64,000 nt of DNA, from positions 17,473 to 81,472 of the forward strand of contig JAXEKG010000007.1 in NCBI GenBank assembly GCA_034101145.1. The letters run 5' to 3'. The notes under the pieces are model-generated. The model worked only from the letters and a program-made list of their open reading frames with translations. It did not search any database and was not told the origin of the DNA. The position numbers were made by a program, and so were the translations under genes. Below are positions 52,429-61,846 of this stretch, in pieces. Position 1 is the stretch's first letter. Each line of letters starts with the position of its first letter. The stretch is from Eubacteriales bacterium. Its GTDB lineage: Bacteria; Bacillota; Clostridia; Oscillospirales; CAG-272.

Positions 52429-53475
52429 TTATTTCTGAGGTAGTGTTATTTCACCGCACAGGTTCGTTTCCATAAGTTCTTTTATTTTTTGCGTGGTATA
52501 ACCGCAACTGAACAGGTAATAAAGTTTTGCTACGGCTGCCTCAGTCGTCATATCATATCCGCTGACGGCGCCGTGAGCTTTGAGCATACTGCTCGCCTCG
52601 TACGTGCCAAGGGAGACGGTCCCCTGCGGACACTGCGAGCATACGGTGATAACCGTACCCGCGGTAAAGGCACGTTTAATAATAGCAAGGAGCTCCTGCC
52701 CGTCGCCCGGAATATTGCCTGCACCGAAAGTTTCCAGTACTATTCCTCTCAGTTTATCCGTCATTATAGACTCAAAAAGGGAGAACTGTATACCCGGAAA
52801 AATCTTGAGAACTCCTATCGGTATTTCCTTGAAGGTATGCAACGTGAGCTGTTTTTTGTCCGAATTTTTAATGTCATTACATGCGGACGTGAAAGCTTCG
52901 CCATATTTTATGTCGATGCCTGCAACGGCAAGGTCAGGATAATTCGGCGATGAAAATGCAATAAGACGGTCTGCCGACATCTTGGTTGAGCGATTGCCTC
53001 GCATAAGTCTGCCTCCGAAGTAGAGGCATACCTCGCGTGCTATTCCGTCTGCCGCTATCAGCATCGAAGTTATGAGATTGTCGCGAGCGTCACTTCTTAT
53101 CTCAGAGAAAGGTATCTGTGAGCCCGTGAGTATTACAGGTTTATTAAGTCCCTCGAGCATAAACGAAAGGGCAGAAGCAGTATAAGCCATGGTGTCGGTT
53201 CCGTGAAGAATAACAAAACCGTCGTATGATTTATATTTTTCGTTTATCATGGAGGCTATAATATTCCACTCGTTAACTGTCACATTTGAGGAATCAAGAA
53301 GCAGGTCAAGCTCTATTATATCCCATATCGGCATGCATGAAGAGTATAAATCTTCCATACGCTCCATTACTGTCGGAAGATAACCTTTTTTAGGTGCATA
53401 GCCACTCTCCGTTTTTATCATACCGATTGTGCCGCCTGTGTGAATTATAAGAATTTTTTTCTTTTCTTCGCTCAT
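52429..53475 (-). CDS. ansA: Type I L-asparaginase
   Basis: 'HTGGTIGM', 'HGTDTMAY', 'TGSQIP', 'FGAGN'. Confidence 0.93.
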   Translation of the reverse strand: MSEEKKKILIIHTGGTIGMIKTESGYAPKKGYLPTVMERMEDLYSSCMPIWDIIELDLLLDSSNVTVNEWNIIASMINEKYKSYDGFVILHGTDTMAYTASALSFMLEGLNKPVILTGSQIPFSEIRSDARDNLITSMLIAADGIAREVCLYFGGRLMRGNRSTKMSADRLIAFSSPNYPDLAVAGIDIKYGEAFTSACNDIKNSDKKQLTLHTFKEIPIGVLKIFPGIQFSLFESIMTDKLRGIVLETFGAGNIPGDGQELLAIIKRAFTAGTVITVCSQCPQGTVSLGTYEASSMLKAHGAVSGYDMTTEAAVAKLYYLFSCGYTTQKIKELMETNLCGEITLPQK

Positions 53476-53523
53476 TTTACACGCTCATTTCTATAGTTTG
53501 TATGATGAATAAAACCCTTTATG

Positions 53524-54012
53524 TCAGATATCCACTACCGAATATTCATTTCCATGGTCTGATATAAGTCGAAGCAGGTCGGGTACGGACAGCCACACTG
53601 TTGCTGTATTATCGTTTGGATGTACGCCTATTATGCCGTCGCCGAAAGCAGAGTCCAGATAGAATTTAACTGTTCTATCACTGTCATTCAGAATTCCCAG
53701 AGGGGTGACGGAGCCGGGAGCCAGATGAAGTATTTCAGCGATGTTATCGGGCGATGCAAACGAAAGATGGCGAAGTCCTTGCCTTATACGGAATTCTTTG
53801 AGGTCGACGCGCTTATCTCCCAAAACTGTTATAAGGTAATAATTTTGTTTTTTGTCGTCCCTGACAAACAGATTTTTTGCAGTCCTGTCGGGATACGGCA
53901 GGTCTTGGGAGTCAAGTTCCTCCATGGTGAAAACCTCGCGATGCTCACTTATTTCGTATTTTACGTTATGTTCATCAAGATATCGAAAAGTCTCTTCCTT
54001 ATTCATTTGCAT
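53524..54012 (-). CDS. YbaK/ProX prolyl-tRNA editing protein
   Basis: 'KNLFVRDDKK', 'PGSVTPLG', 'HPNDNTAT'. Confidence 0.9.
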   Translation of the reverse strand: MQMNKEETFRYLDEHNVKYEISEHREVFTMEELDSQDLPYPDRTAKNLFVRDDKKQNYYLITVLGDKRVDLKEFRIRQGLRHLSFASPDNIAEILHLAPGSVTPLGILNDSDRTVKFYLDSAFGDGIIGVHPNDNTATVWLSVPDLLRLISDHGNEYSVVDI

Positions 54013-54112
54013 AAGTCTCCTTTGCGGTGATTCTCGGATTATATAACTGCCTTTTGCTTTATATTATATATGATTATACTTGATATATGAATTTGTGTCA
54101 ACAAAATTAAGA

Positions 54113-54232
54113 GGGGCGGAGTCAGAATAAAATTTTTGCTTACTCCTTGTTATGCATCAAGCAAAAAATCACTCGCTGTCAATAAAAGATAGCGGGTGAT
54201 TCTTGTATAGGTTGACTGGCAATTTGAAAATT
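54113..54232 (-). repeat. Dispersed ~115-bp repeat, copy 2
   Basis: Reverse complement of 23126-23245 with scattered substitutions. Confidence 0.85.
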
Positions 54233-54391
54233 TGCTCAAACTTACTTGGCCATTGAATGTAGCTGAAATTAACCGGGCAAATGAGGGTGCCTGATAAAGA
54301 CCCGACTGATTTTAATATAGACATACATCTATACGTTCATCGGATACGAAGGTTACCGCAACCGGCCTTTCAACTAAAAGTATGCAATTGA

Positions 54392-54772
54392 TTACTTAAT
54401 TTCGGTCATCCACAGACCATGAAGATTGCAGTATGCGTAAACAGCTATCGGTTTATCATCGCCGATGCAAAATGTTGCCTCGGGAGAGTCACCTGGCTTG
54501 AGAATTCTGCGCTGACCGCCGTGCTCGGTTTCGACATAGACCCACTCGATGAAGTGTTCGTCGAGCATAGGGTGGTTGACTTCACCGACATTGACATGAA
54601 TTTTACCGTCTTTTACAGTAACAACAGGAAGATGCTTTTCACCTGCGGCTTCGGTTGTATTGGGGACAAGAACTTCCATTTTCTGTCCGCAACACATCAT
54701 TGGAACTCCTGCATTATGGAGAACTCCGATAAGGTTGCCGCAGTGACGGCAGATATAGAACTTTTCTTTCAT
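54392..54772 (-). CDS. Desulfoferrodoxin / superoxide reductase
   Basis: 'CRHCGN', 'CCG', 'EKHLP', 'HPM..EHFI', 'CNLHGLW'. Confidence 0.95.
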   Translation of the reverse strand: MKEKFYICRHCGNLIGVLHNAGVPMMCCGQKMEVLVPNTTEAAGEKHLPVVTVKDGKIHVNVGEVNHPMLDEHFIEWVYVETEHGGQRRILKPGDSPEATFCIGDDKPIAVYAYCNLHGLWMTEIK

Positions 54773-54782
54773 TATCGTCGCC

Positions 54783-55436
54783 TCAATAGTTTTCTTTTCT
54801 CACTTCAAAGTAAGCCTGCGGATGGTTGCAAACGGGGCAGACTTCGGGTGCGGAAACGCCGACAACTATATGTCCGCAGTTACGACATTCCCAAACGGTT
54901 ACGCCTGACTTTTCAAATACTGCCTTAGTCTCAACATTCTTCAGAAGTGCGCGGTATCTTTCCTCGTGAGCCTTTTCGATGGCGGCAACTCCTCGGAACT
55001 GTGCGGCAAGAGCCGTAAAGCCCTCTTCCTCTGCGTCACGAGCCATTCTTTCGTACATATCGGTCCACTCTGCGTTCTCACCTTCTGCGGCGTGGAGCAA
55101 GTTTTCTGCGGTGTCGCCAAGCCCGCCCAAAGCCTTGAACCACAGCTTTGCGTGTTCCTTCTCGTTCTCTGCGGTCTTAAGGAACAGTGCGGCTATCTGC
55201 TCATATCCTGCCTTCTTTGCCACACTTGCAAAGAACGTATACTTGTTTCTTGCCTGAGATTCGCCGGCAAATGCTTCCCAAAGATTCTTTTCGGTCTTTG
55301 TGCCTGCATAGGGGTTCTTGGGAGCCTCTTCAAGCTTTACGAATTTTTCCTTTGGTTGTTTGCAGATGGGACACTTTTCGGGTGCCTCGTCTCCTTCGTG
55401 AACATAACCGCAAACGCTGCATTTCCATTTTGCCAT
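54783..55436 (-). CDS. rbr: Rubrerythrin with N- and C-terminal rubredoxin-like domains
   Basis: 'KWKCSVCGY...CPIC', '[12 protein letters not shown]', 'ENEKEHA', 'WECRNCG...CPVC'. Confidence 0.93.
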   Translation of the reverse strand: MAKWKCSVCGYVHEGDEAPEKCPICKQPKEKFVKLEEAPKNPYAGTKTEKNLWEAFAGESQARNKYTFFASVAKKAGYEQIAALFLKTAENEKEHAKLWFKALGGLGDTAENLLHAAEGENAEWTDMYERMARDAEEEGFTALAAQFRGVAAIEKAHEERYRALLKNVETKAVFEKSGVTVWECRNCGHIVVGVSAPEVCPVCNHPQAYFEVRKENY

Positions 55437-55472
55437 AGTATTTACCTCTTTCTTATTTTTGATTTTATTGAA

Positions 55473-55492
55473 TAATAATTTTGTAATTATTA
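55473..55492. promoter_or_regulatory. Putative PerR/Fur-type operator
   Basis: TAATAATT-N4-AATTATTA inverted repeat just upstream of rubrerythrin. Confidence 0.55.
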
Positions 55493-55552
55493 AATTCCGA
55501 TTGAAATTTTCGTTTTGGCATGATTTTTGCATCAAAATTGCGAATTCCGGTT

Positions 55553-55835
55553 GCAGAGATAATAATCTCCGACCTCTATCTTATGGAAACAACCGAGAAC
55601 CAAGGCGTCAGCTGTTTTTTCTTGCCGTTTCGTAAATTTTTTGTGCCGTTGTTCTTCCCACGCCGAGCCGGGTTCCGCATTATTCCCGGATAAGTTCTTC
55701 TTTATCTATCAGGCGTATTGTCTCAAATTCGTCTGCTGCCGGAATAATCGGTTTGCCAAATGTGTCTCACATAATGGAGAATTAAAGAACTTCGGGAAAA
55801 CTGCATACTCTGCGGCATTTCGGCGGTCTTGACAA
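55553..55835 (-). pseudogene. DUF134 (UPF0251) family pseudogene
   Basis: Manual translation: LSRPPKCRRVCSFPEVL*...[38 protein letters not shown](frameshift)ADALVLG...GDYYLC. Confidence 0.8.
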
Positions 55836-56094
55836 TATAATTTTCTCCGTTATTTCTATAGTGATATTATATCAGAGTTTTAGGCACATGTCAATAACCG
55901 CAATAGATTGTTTACATATCTGAAATCATGTTGATAGTTTAAAAAAGGTTACGATGAAGCTTAATTGTTTTGCATATTGAGGGCTAATATCGCTTTCCGG
56001 CGGACGGTTGAGATAAAAAACTCCGGCGGACCTCAAAGATAATTGGCGAACAAAAAAGCGTTGAGAGACCCCAAAGGATTTCTCAACGTTTTTG

Positions 56095-56253
56095 TCAGTC
56101 TTCTTTACTGAACTGATCTTTTCCGACTCCGCACAGGGGACATTCAAAGTCCTCGGGTAGGTCTTCCCACTTTGTGCCCGGAGCGATACCGTTATCGGGA
56201 TCACCGGCGGTTTCGTCGTAGACGTATCCGCAAACATCGCAAATATATTTCAC
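56095..56253 (-). CDS. Rubredoxin (52 aa, GTG start, not in ORF track)
   Basis: [52 protein letters not shown]; AAGGAG RBS; terminator at about 56052-56093. Confidence 0.95.
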   Translation of the reverse strand: MKYICDVCGYVYDETAGDPDNGIAPGTKWEDLPEDFECPLCGVGKDQFSKED

Positions 56254-56717
56254 AGCATTTTCTCCTTTCGTTAATTATCTATTCCGCAAAGATTGGATTT
56301 TTTATTTTATAATGAATCAAAACAGCCTGTAAGTTGTGACAGTCAAAGCCGTTACACGTAAGGATTCTATGTAAGTGCTTTCTCCTTTTATCATTTTAGC
56401 GGCCTCACTTATATTATATCACAACCGTATGTTTTTTCGCAATTATCACATGTAATAAAATTGAAAAGAATATGTAAAATAATTTGAGCGCGTTTCAATA
56501 ATTTGTTATCTGCAAACGAGTGTTGCGGATTTTTGAAAACTATGGTTTACATAGTTCAGATTTTGAAAAATACAGTTTCGGCTCTTTTTGAAAATATTCA
56601 GGGACGAAAAAGGGGAGAAATCTCTCGAAATCTCCCTTTTTCTCTTGTTTTCCCGTCCAAATGTTTTCGGAACGTAAACATGTGTGTTCTGACCTTAATA
56701 GATGCAACAACGATACA

Positions 56718-57737
56718 TTAAAATAATGACGACAATAAACTATTTATTTTATCAAAAGTCTTTTTTAATGCTTCTTCGTCATCATCAATATTACCAAAGC
56801 AAATCTTTCCGATTTGTTTGTGCTTGTTTATATCCGTTTTATGATTTAAACTAAATCCATATTTTTTAAGAGATTGTTGCCATGCTTCGATGAATTGTGC
56901 GTTTGCTTGTTCGGTCAAGTTATAAAGCACCGCCCTTACTATAATACTGCATTTCCCACTACTTTTATCATATTTAAAATCTCTGCTTCTGATTTCAAAG
57001 CAAGGCAGATCTTTTTTGTGACCCTCAACAAAAAGTTTTATGTAATAGTATTCTTTTTGATAGCAGTTTATCTCCTTTTCTTCTGATATGCAAACAAGCG
57101 GGTGATAGTCGTTGAAAAAAGAATGCCAAGAGATCAAATTCCATTTACTGGGTGGCTGTTCTCTCCTTGCGGCAGAACGAATTTTTTTAATATATTCTAT
57201 GTAATAACCAAGAACTTCGTTGTCTGTATTTATATCCTTAAAAATATCGTATATTGAGTAAATGTCATAAGTTTTCCACCCTAAATCCTTGCTATGCTTG
57301 GCTTCCCACTCATCAATAATGTTAGTTTTATAAAAAACTTTAAAAACATTCCCACCCTTTTCAATATATCGTTCAACATCGTATTTCTTACGATTTTCTT
57401 CATTTCTCCAAAAATCATTATGATCGATTATTTCTTTTTCATATATCGCAAGTTGATCGTCATGTATTCCGCTTCCTGTCTTATCCTCAATAACTATCAA
57501 TTGCTCTATTCCATCAATCTTAAACTATATTGAAATATCAATGTTTTTCCACTGTGCAACAGTTGTAAGCTCGGTTATTGTTTTATCCTTGAATTTGTTT
57601 TCTGTAAAGCTATCAAATAATTTCCGACAAGCATTTTTAACACTCTCGTTTTCGCAATTGTAATTTTCAAACAGCCAGCGCAAAAAAGCGTCCTGCGAAA
57701 GCTCTTTTGTTGCGTAATCAAATAGGTTTTTCATCAT
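56718..57737 (-). pseudogene. PD-(D/E)XK nuclease interrupted by a single in-frame TAG (57525-57527)
   Basis: ORFs 57525-57737 and 56718-57500 are in frame: 'KELSQDAFLRWL...NIDISI*FKIDGIEQLIVIEDK'. Confidence 0.8.
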
Positions 57738-58710
57738 ATTTCTCCTTCGCTTTATTTATCGTCTCTTTTATCCTCTCGCGCAAGGCTACGGGTTTTAAGA
57801 CCTCGCACTCGTCCGTGTATTGCATCGCCCAAAAGAGCATTGCCGTAGGGCTTGATTTGAGAGTGATTTTGTAGAGGGTTTCTGTTTCAGTCTTGTCTAT
57901 CTTTATATCCTTGCCAAACCAATCTATAACTTGGTCGAGTATCCAATCCACCGCCAGCATTTCAATCGTTTCGGGCGTGTCGGAAAACATATAGGGCATA
58001 GCGGTAGTCAGGTTTTTATAGTTTATTCCGCCCTCAAAGCCCTCTACCTCGCTTATCGACACAGATGTCCTCGGAGATACGATCATGTTCGTAATTCTGT
58101 CAAGTCGGTGATAGGTCATATGCCCCCAATAACTGCTATAACCCATAAGATAGTAGCGTTGATTATGAAAAATAAGCTGATATGGAGAAATGCGCTGAAA
58201 CGAGGTTTTGTGCAGCTTCTTGTCCGCACCGTATTTATTATAATCGTATTCCACCATTTTGCCGTTTTCTATTGCCTCGTGAACTATGTCGATGCTATAA
58301 AACACCTCGGCATTGTCGCCCTTGTTAAAATCGTTCACAGCGTGAATGTGCTTGATATTTTTACGGAAATACTTGTTTTCCTCACTCGCAAGCTTTTCTA
58401 TCAAGTCGCGTGAATGCTTCACTCCTATATGCTGACTCGAAAGCACTCCGTCGATCAGCATACGCACCTCGGAGGGCTCGTATTTTCGCTCATTGAGATA
58501 CGCTCCGCGCTTGGTAGTCACAATATCGTAATCGGCTTCAAGCAACAGAGAAATGTTCCTGCCCACCGCCTTGCGCTCTATCTCGATACCGTAATTTTTA
58601 AGCAACAAATCGGCTATCTCATTGTGTGTCAAAGGATGCGCTTCGTCTGTATTCCTTTGCAGAATTTCAAGAATACGCAACAGCGCTAACTTTTTTGCCT
58701 CGCTTGCCAT
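57718..58710 (-). CDS. WYL-domain transcriptional regulator (wHTH-WYL-WCX)
   Basis: 'TDEAHPLT', 'IERKAVGRNI', 'SPYQLIFHNQRYYL', 'HRLDRI', 'DWFG', 'EVLKPVALR'; own promoter TTGCAA-17-TATAAT (58739-58767). Confidence 0.92.
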   Translation of the reverse strand: MASEAKKLALLRILEILQRNTDEAHPLTHNEIADLLLKNYGIEIERKAVGRNISLLLEADYDIVTTKRGAYLNERKYEPSEVRMLIDGVLSSQHIGVKHSRDLIEKLASEENKYFRKNIKHIHAVNDFNKGDNAEVFYSIDIVHEAIENGKMVEYDYNKYGADKKLHKTSFQRISPYQLIFHNQRYYLMGYSSYWGHMTYHRLDRITNMIVSPRTSVSISEVEGFEGGINYKNLTTAMPYMFSDTPETIEMLAVDWILDQVIDWFGKDIKIDKTETETLYKITLKSSPTAMLFWAMQYTDECEVLKPVALRERIKETINKAKEKYDEKPI

Positions 58711-58769
58711 AATATCACCGCCTTTCGCTTGTGATATTATTATACCATATTTGTCGCAACCTTGCAAGA

Positions 58770-59441
58770 CTATTTTCGTTTTACCCTTTGATGCTGAAAA
58801 TCAAATTCCACGGGTACGGCACGATATTTCTTCTTTCCTCGCTCATATATTCTGATTTCCTCTATATCTTCATCTGCTTTCTTAAAGTCTTCATAATAAC
58901 AGTTTCTATAAACTATCGCAGTCGCATCAAAATGCGGTATTGCCCTACTATGACGGGAAATTGACGGAGCATTCTTTTCTCTGTGCGTAAAAGGATTATT
59001 CCTTCTTTTCAGATGTGTAACAAATATAAATATTTTACCCCTTCGCCTTAATTCCTTCGCCAATTCGATAAGCTCTTTTGTTCGATCCTTAAAAAAGAGA
59101 TAGGGGGCTTCCTCATAAACTATAACGTCGTAATCTTTTTCTTCAATCACTAAAAGCAGACTTTCCTTATCTATTATAGGACGAAACGTAACTGTAAGAT
59201 TGCCATATTCTTCAAATATAGAAAAACTGCGAATACTATCGATGTTAGTCTTTTCTTTGATAATCTTTGCACGTTCAATATAACTTAAAAAAGCTCGGGT
59301 TTCGCTGTCAAAAATCAAGCATTTCTTCCCCTCGTCTAAATATTTATTTACGATGTTTGCGACAAGCGTCGATGCCCCCATAGCCGGACGGGCGGTTATA
59401 AAAAGGTTTTGATAGGGATATAACGGATCTTTTGACTTCAT
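58770..59441 (-). CDS. Degenerate DnaB-helicase C-terminal (RecA-fold) domain protein
   Basis: 'ITARPAMGAST' (cf. ARPAMGKT), 'ELAKEL', 'FVTHLKR', 'DATAIVYRNCYY'. Confidence 0.75.
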   Translation of the reverse strand: MKSKDPLYPYQNLFITARPAMGASTLVANIVNKYLDEGKKCLIFDSETRAFLSYIERAKIIKEKTNIDSIRSFSIFEEYGNLTVTFRPIIDKESLLLVIEEKDYDVIVYEEAPYLFFKDRTKELIELAKELRRRGKIFIFVTHLKRRNNPFTHREKNAPSISRHSRAIPHFDATAIVYRNCYYEDFKKADEDIEEIRIYERGKKKYRAVPVEFDFQHQRVKRK

Positions 59442-59546
59442 TTTTCTTCTCCTTTGTTTTTTTACATTGTATCACGCCGATTGTACCATTTTTGGTATAA
59501 TATATGTATTACAATAAAATCACAAAATCAAAAAGGAGAAATAACG

Positions 59547-59741
59547 ATGACAAAACAAGAATTACGAGACAGACAAGGAAGGCTTATCGGCAAGATCGAA
59601 ACCAACGGAAGTAAGGAGACTATTCGTGACGCACAAGGCAGACTTCTCGGCACGTTTGATGGTAAGCAAACAAGAGATGCGCAAGGCAGACTCGTAGGAA
59701 ACGGCAATTTGTTGACAACGCTGCTGATAAGAGGAAAATAA
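59547..59741 (+). CDS. Small repeat protein (RDxQGRLxG x3)
   Basis: AAGGAG RBS; MTKQELRDRQGRLIG...RDAQGRLLG...RDAQGRLVGNGNLLTTLL. Confidence 0.8.
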   Translation: MTKQELRDRQGRLIGKIETNGSKETIRDAQGRLLGTFDGKQTRDAQGRLVGNGNLLTTLLIRGK

Positions 59742-60066
59742 ACGTGAATACTTGTAATAGCAATCTTCTTTTTTTAAAATATACAATGTCTTCGCCTCCA
59801 TGAAAAAATCCGACCTGAACGGTAGGGTTCAAGTCAGACACATAAAATTAACAATTATTTTTTTAAGCAAAAAGGGCATATTTAGCGATAATAAAATCTC
59901 AAAATCCGCCCTAATTTTTGCTGTGCAGTGGTTCGAACCCCTGACACCCCTCGAAAACACCCCTTGACATCTATTTGTTTTCAACCTGAATTTTTCGATA
60001 AAAAAAGCCCAGACTCCTTATGGAATCTGGGTTTATTCGACCTGCATCTATTAAGGTCAGAACAGT

Positions 60067-60140
60067 TGGCTGCGGAACCAGGATTTGAACCCAGACGAAC
60101 AGAGTCAGAGTCTGCTGTGCTACCATTACACAATTCCGCA
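60067..60140 (-). tRNA. tRNA-Gln(CTG)
   Basis: TGCGGAA..., anticodon arm GCAGA-CT CTG AC-TCTGT, TTCAAAT T-loop, CCA. Confidence 0.96.
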
Positions 60141-60300
60141 TTGTTTGTACCAACGAAAGTTGGTGCTATGTAAACCCACATTTGTGGGGACTTTTCAGCA
60201 CATATGCTATTATAACAACAATGTAGTGATTTGTCAAGATATTTTTCTGTTTTTTTGGGTATTTTTCTGTTATTTTGATTTGTGCTTCACGTCTCTTGTG

Positions 60301-61719
60301 TCAATCTCTTTTTTTGAGGCGGAAGAAGAGACGTGAAAATGCTTTGCCGTTGAACGGTATTACGGGATACAGGTAGCTGTGCTCACCGTTTATAGTTCTG
60401 TTACTTACGAGAAGCAGGAATATTATGATAACGCCTGCAGCAAAGCCCCATATGCGGAAAAGCCATGTGAGCAAGAGGAGCATCATACGAAAGAATTTGA
60501 AAGCATAGCCGAGTTCATAGTTATGCTGTGTGAAACTTGCTATGGCAACGAGAGCCATATAGAATATTACCTCACCTGTAAACCAGCCTATTTTTACTGC
60601 CGATTCACCGAGTATGAGTCCTCCTATCACGCTGAGAGAACTTGATAGCATATCGGGTGTATTCATAGATGCTATTTTCAGTCCGTCTATTGCAAATTCC
60701 ACCAGGAAAAGCTGTGCTATTATAGGTATTTGCGGTCGATAATGCGGTATTATAAATGACAGAGCATCGGGTACAATATTCGGATACAAGGTAAGAAGAT
60801 ACCACAACGGTGTAAGAAACAGCGATAGCCAAAAAACAAAATGCCTTATAACACGCAGGTAGCAGCCTGTTATCGGCTGGAAGTAGAAGTCGTTCGTCTC
60901 CTGCATAAAATCGAAAATTGACGTAGGCAGTACCATGACTCTTGGAGAGGTATCGCATATTACCAGAACACGCCCCTCCAACAGTTCCGCGGCGGCGGCA
61001 TCCGGGCGCTCTACAGTGCGTATTTTAGGGAAGGGGTTATACCATTTCGTTTTTATCAGGCTCTCGGCGAGGCTCTCGAAACCGAGGGTTATTGACGAGA
61101 CTTTCATATTGTCTATCTTATCGGAGACATACTCTACGTATTTCTTGTTTGCACGGCCCTCCATATAGCATATGACGACGTCGGTCTTTGAGGACGAGCT
61201 TACGTTCTTATATTTCATGGTTAGTGACGTATCACGTATTCTGCGTCTTATCAAGGCGGTGTTGAAGATAAGCGTCTCGACAAAGCCGTCCTTCGCCCCC
61301 TGCATGACCTTATCGTTCTCCGGCTCCTCCGTTGTCCGAGAGGGGTAGGTTCTCGCATCAATTATTATACCTTTGCTACCAAAAGAGGAACCGAGCAAAG
61401 CGACAGAACCACTCATAACGGCGAGTATGAAATTCTCGGCGTCGTCTATTACGTCGACCTCTACGTATGGAATATGCTTTGCGGCAAATTCATCTGCCGG
61501 ATTCACTGCCGTTCCGCATAAATCTTTCAGGGAGAGAAAATACTGCATTATTTTTTGCATGCTTTCGTCTTTTATAAGTCCGTCAATATAAAACATCGTA
61601 ATCTCGTCGTTTTCGCCTATTTTCAGGGTACGCCTGATTATATCGAAATTCTCGGTTACACGGAGCTTTGAATCCATATAATCAACGTTATCCCTATATG
61701 AAGCAAACAGTTTACGCAT
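60301..61719 (-). CDS. GerA/SpoVAF family spore germination protein
   Basis: 'RTYPSRTTEEPENDKV..G.KDGFVETL.FNTALIRRRIRD', 'ERPDAAAAELLEG'. Confidence 0.92.
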   Translation of the reverse strand: MRKLFASYRDNVDYMDSKLRVTENFDIIRRTLKIGENDEITMFYIDGLIKDESMQKIMQYFLSLKDLCGTAVNPADEFAAKHIPYVEVDVIDDAENFILAVMSGSVALLGSSFGSKGIIIDARTYPSRTTEEPENDKVMQGAKDGFVETLIFNTALIRRRIRDTSLTMKYKNVSSSSKTDVVICYMEGRANKKYVEYVSDKIDNMKVSSITLGFESLAESLIKTKWYNPFPKIRTVERPDAAAAELLEGRVLVICDTSPRVMVLPTSIFDFMQETNDFYFQPITGCYLRVIRHFVFWLSLFLTPLWYLLTLYPNIVPDALSFIIPHYRPQIPIIAQLFLVEFAIDGLKIASMNTPDMLSSSLSVIGGLILGESAVKIGWFTGEVIFYMALVAIASFTQHNYELGYAFKFFRMMLLLLTWLFRIWGFAAGVIIIFLLLVSNRTINGEHSYLYPVIPFNGKAFSRLFFRLKKRD

Positions 61720-61846
61720 AAGAAATACCTGCCTTTCTAAAATAATTTTTGCACGGCAGGATTTTTTTATACAATACATTGAAAAAAACGGGTCCGTATG
61801 ATAAAATAGTCTAAGAATTATTTATGATAGGAGGCGGGGAATTTTT

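Larger units (their letters stand above)
56685..60064. mobile_element. Non-autonomous element bounded by perfect 22-bp inverted repeats, next to the tRNA-Gln 3' end
   Basis: TGTTCTGACCTTAATAGATGCA at 56685-56706; exact reverse complement at 60043-60064; AT-rich cargo. Confidence 0.8.

Noticed and set aside
23126-54232. The two inverted ~115-bp repeats as ends of one 31-kb transposon
   Set aside because: They enclose core genes (gap, str operon) and no transposase; independent remnants are more plausible.
55926-56237. 103-aa ORF from the track
   Set aside because: Out-of-frame shadow of the real rubredoxin gene (56095-56253).
57525-57527. Pyrrolysine or recoded TAG
   Set aside because: No pyl genes in the window, and no other gene here shows an internal TAG; a nonsense mutation is simpler.
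59928-59950. GGTTCGAACCC as a tRNA fragment / att site
   Set aside because: Opposite strand to tRNA-Gln, does not match its 3' end, and forms no cloverleaf.
59928-60336. Several short ORFs around tRNA-Gln
   Set aside because: They are translations of the tRNA gene and the element end.
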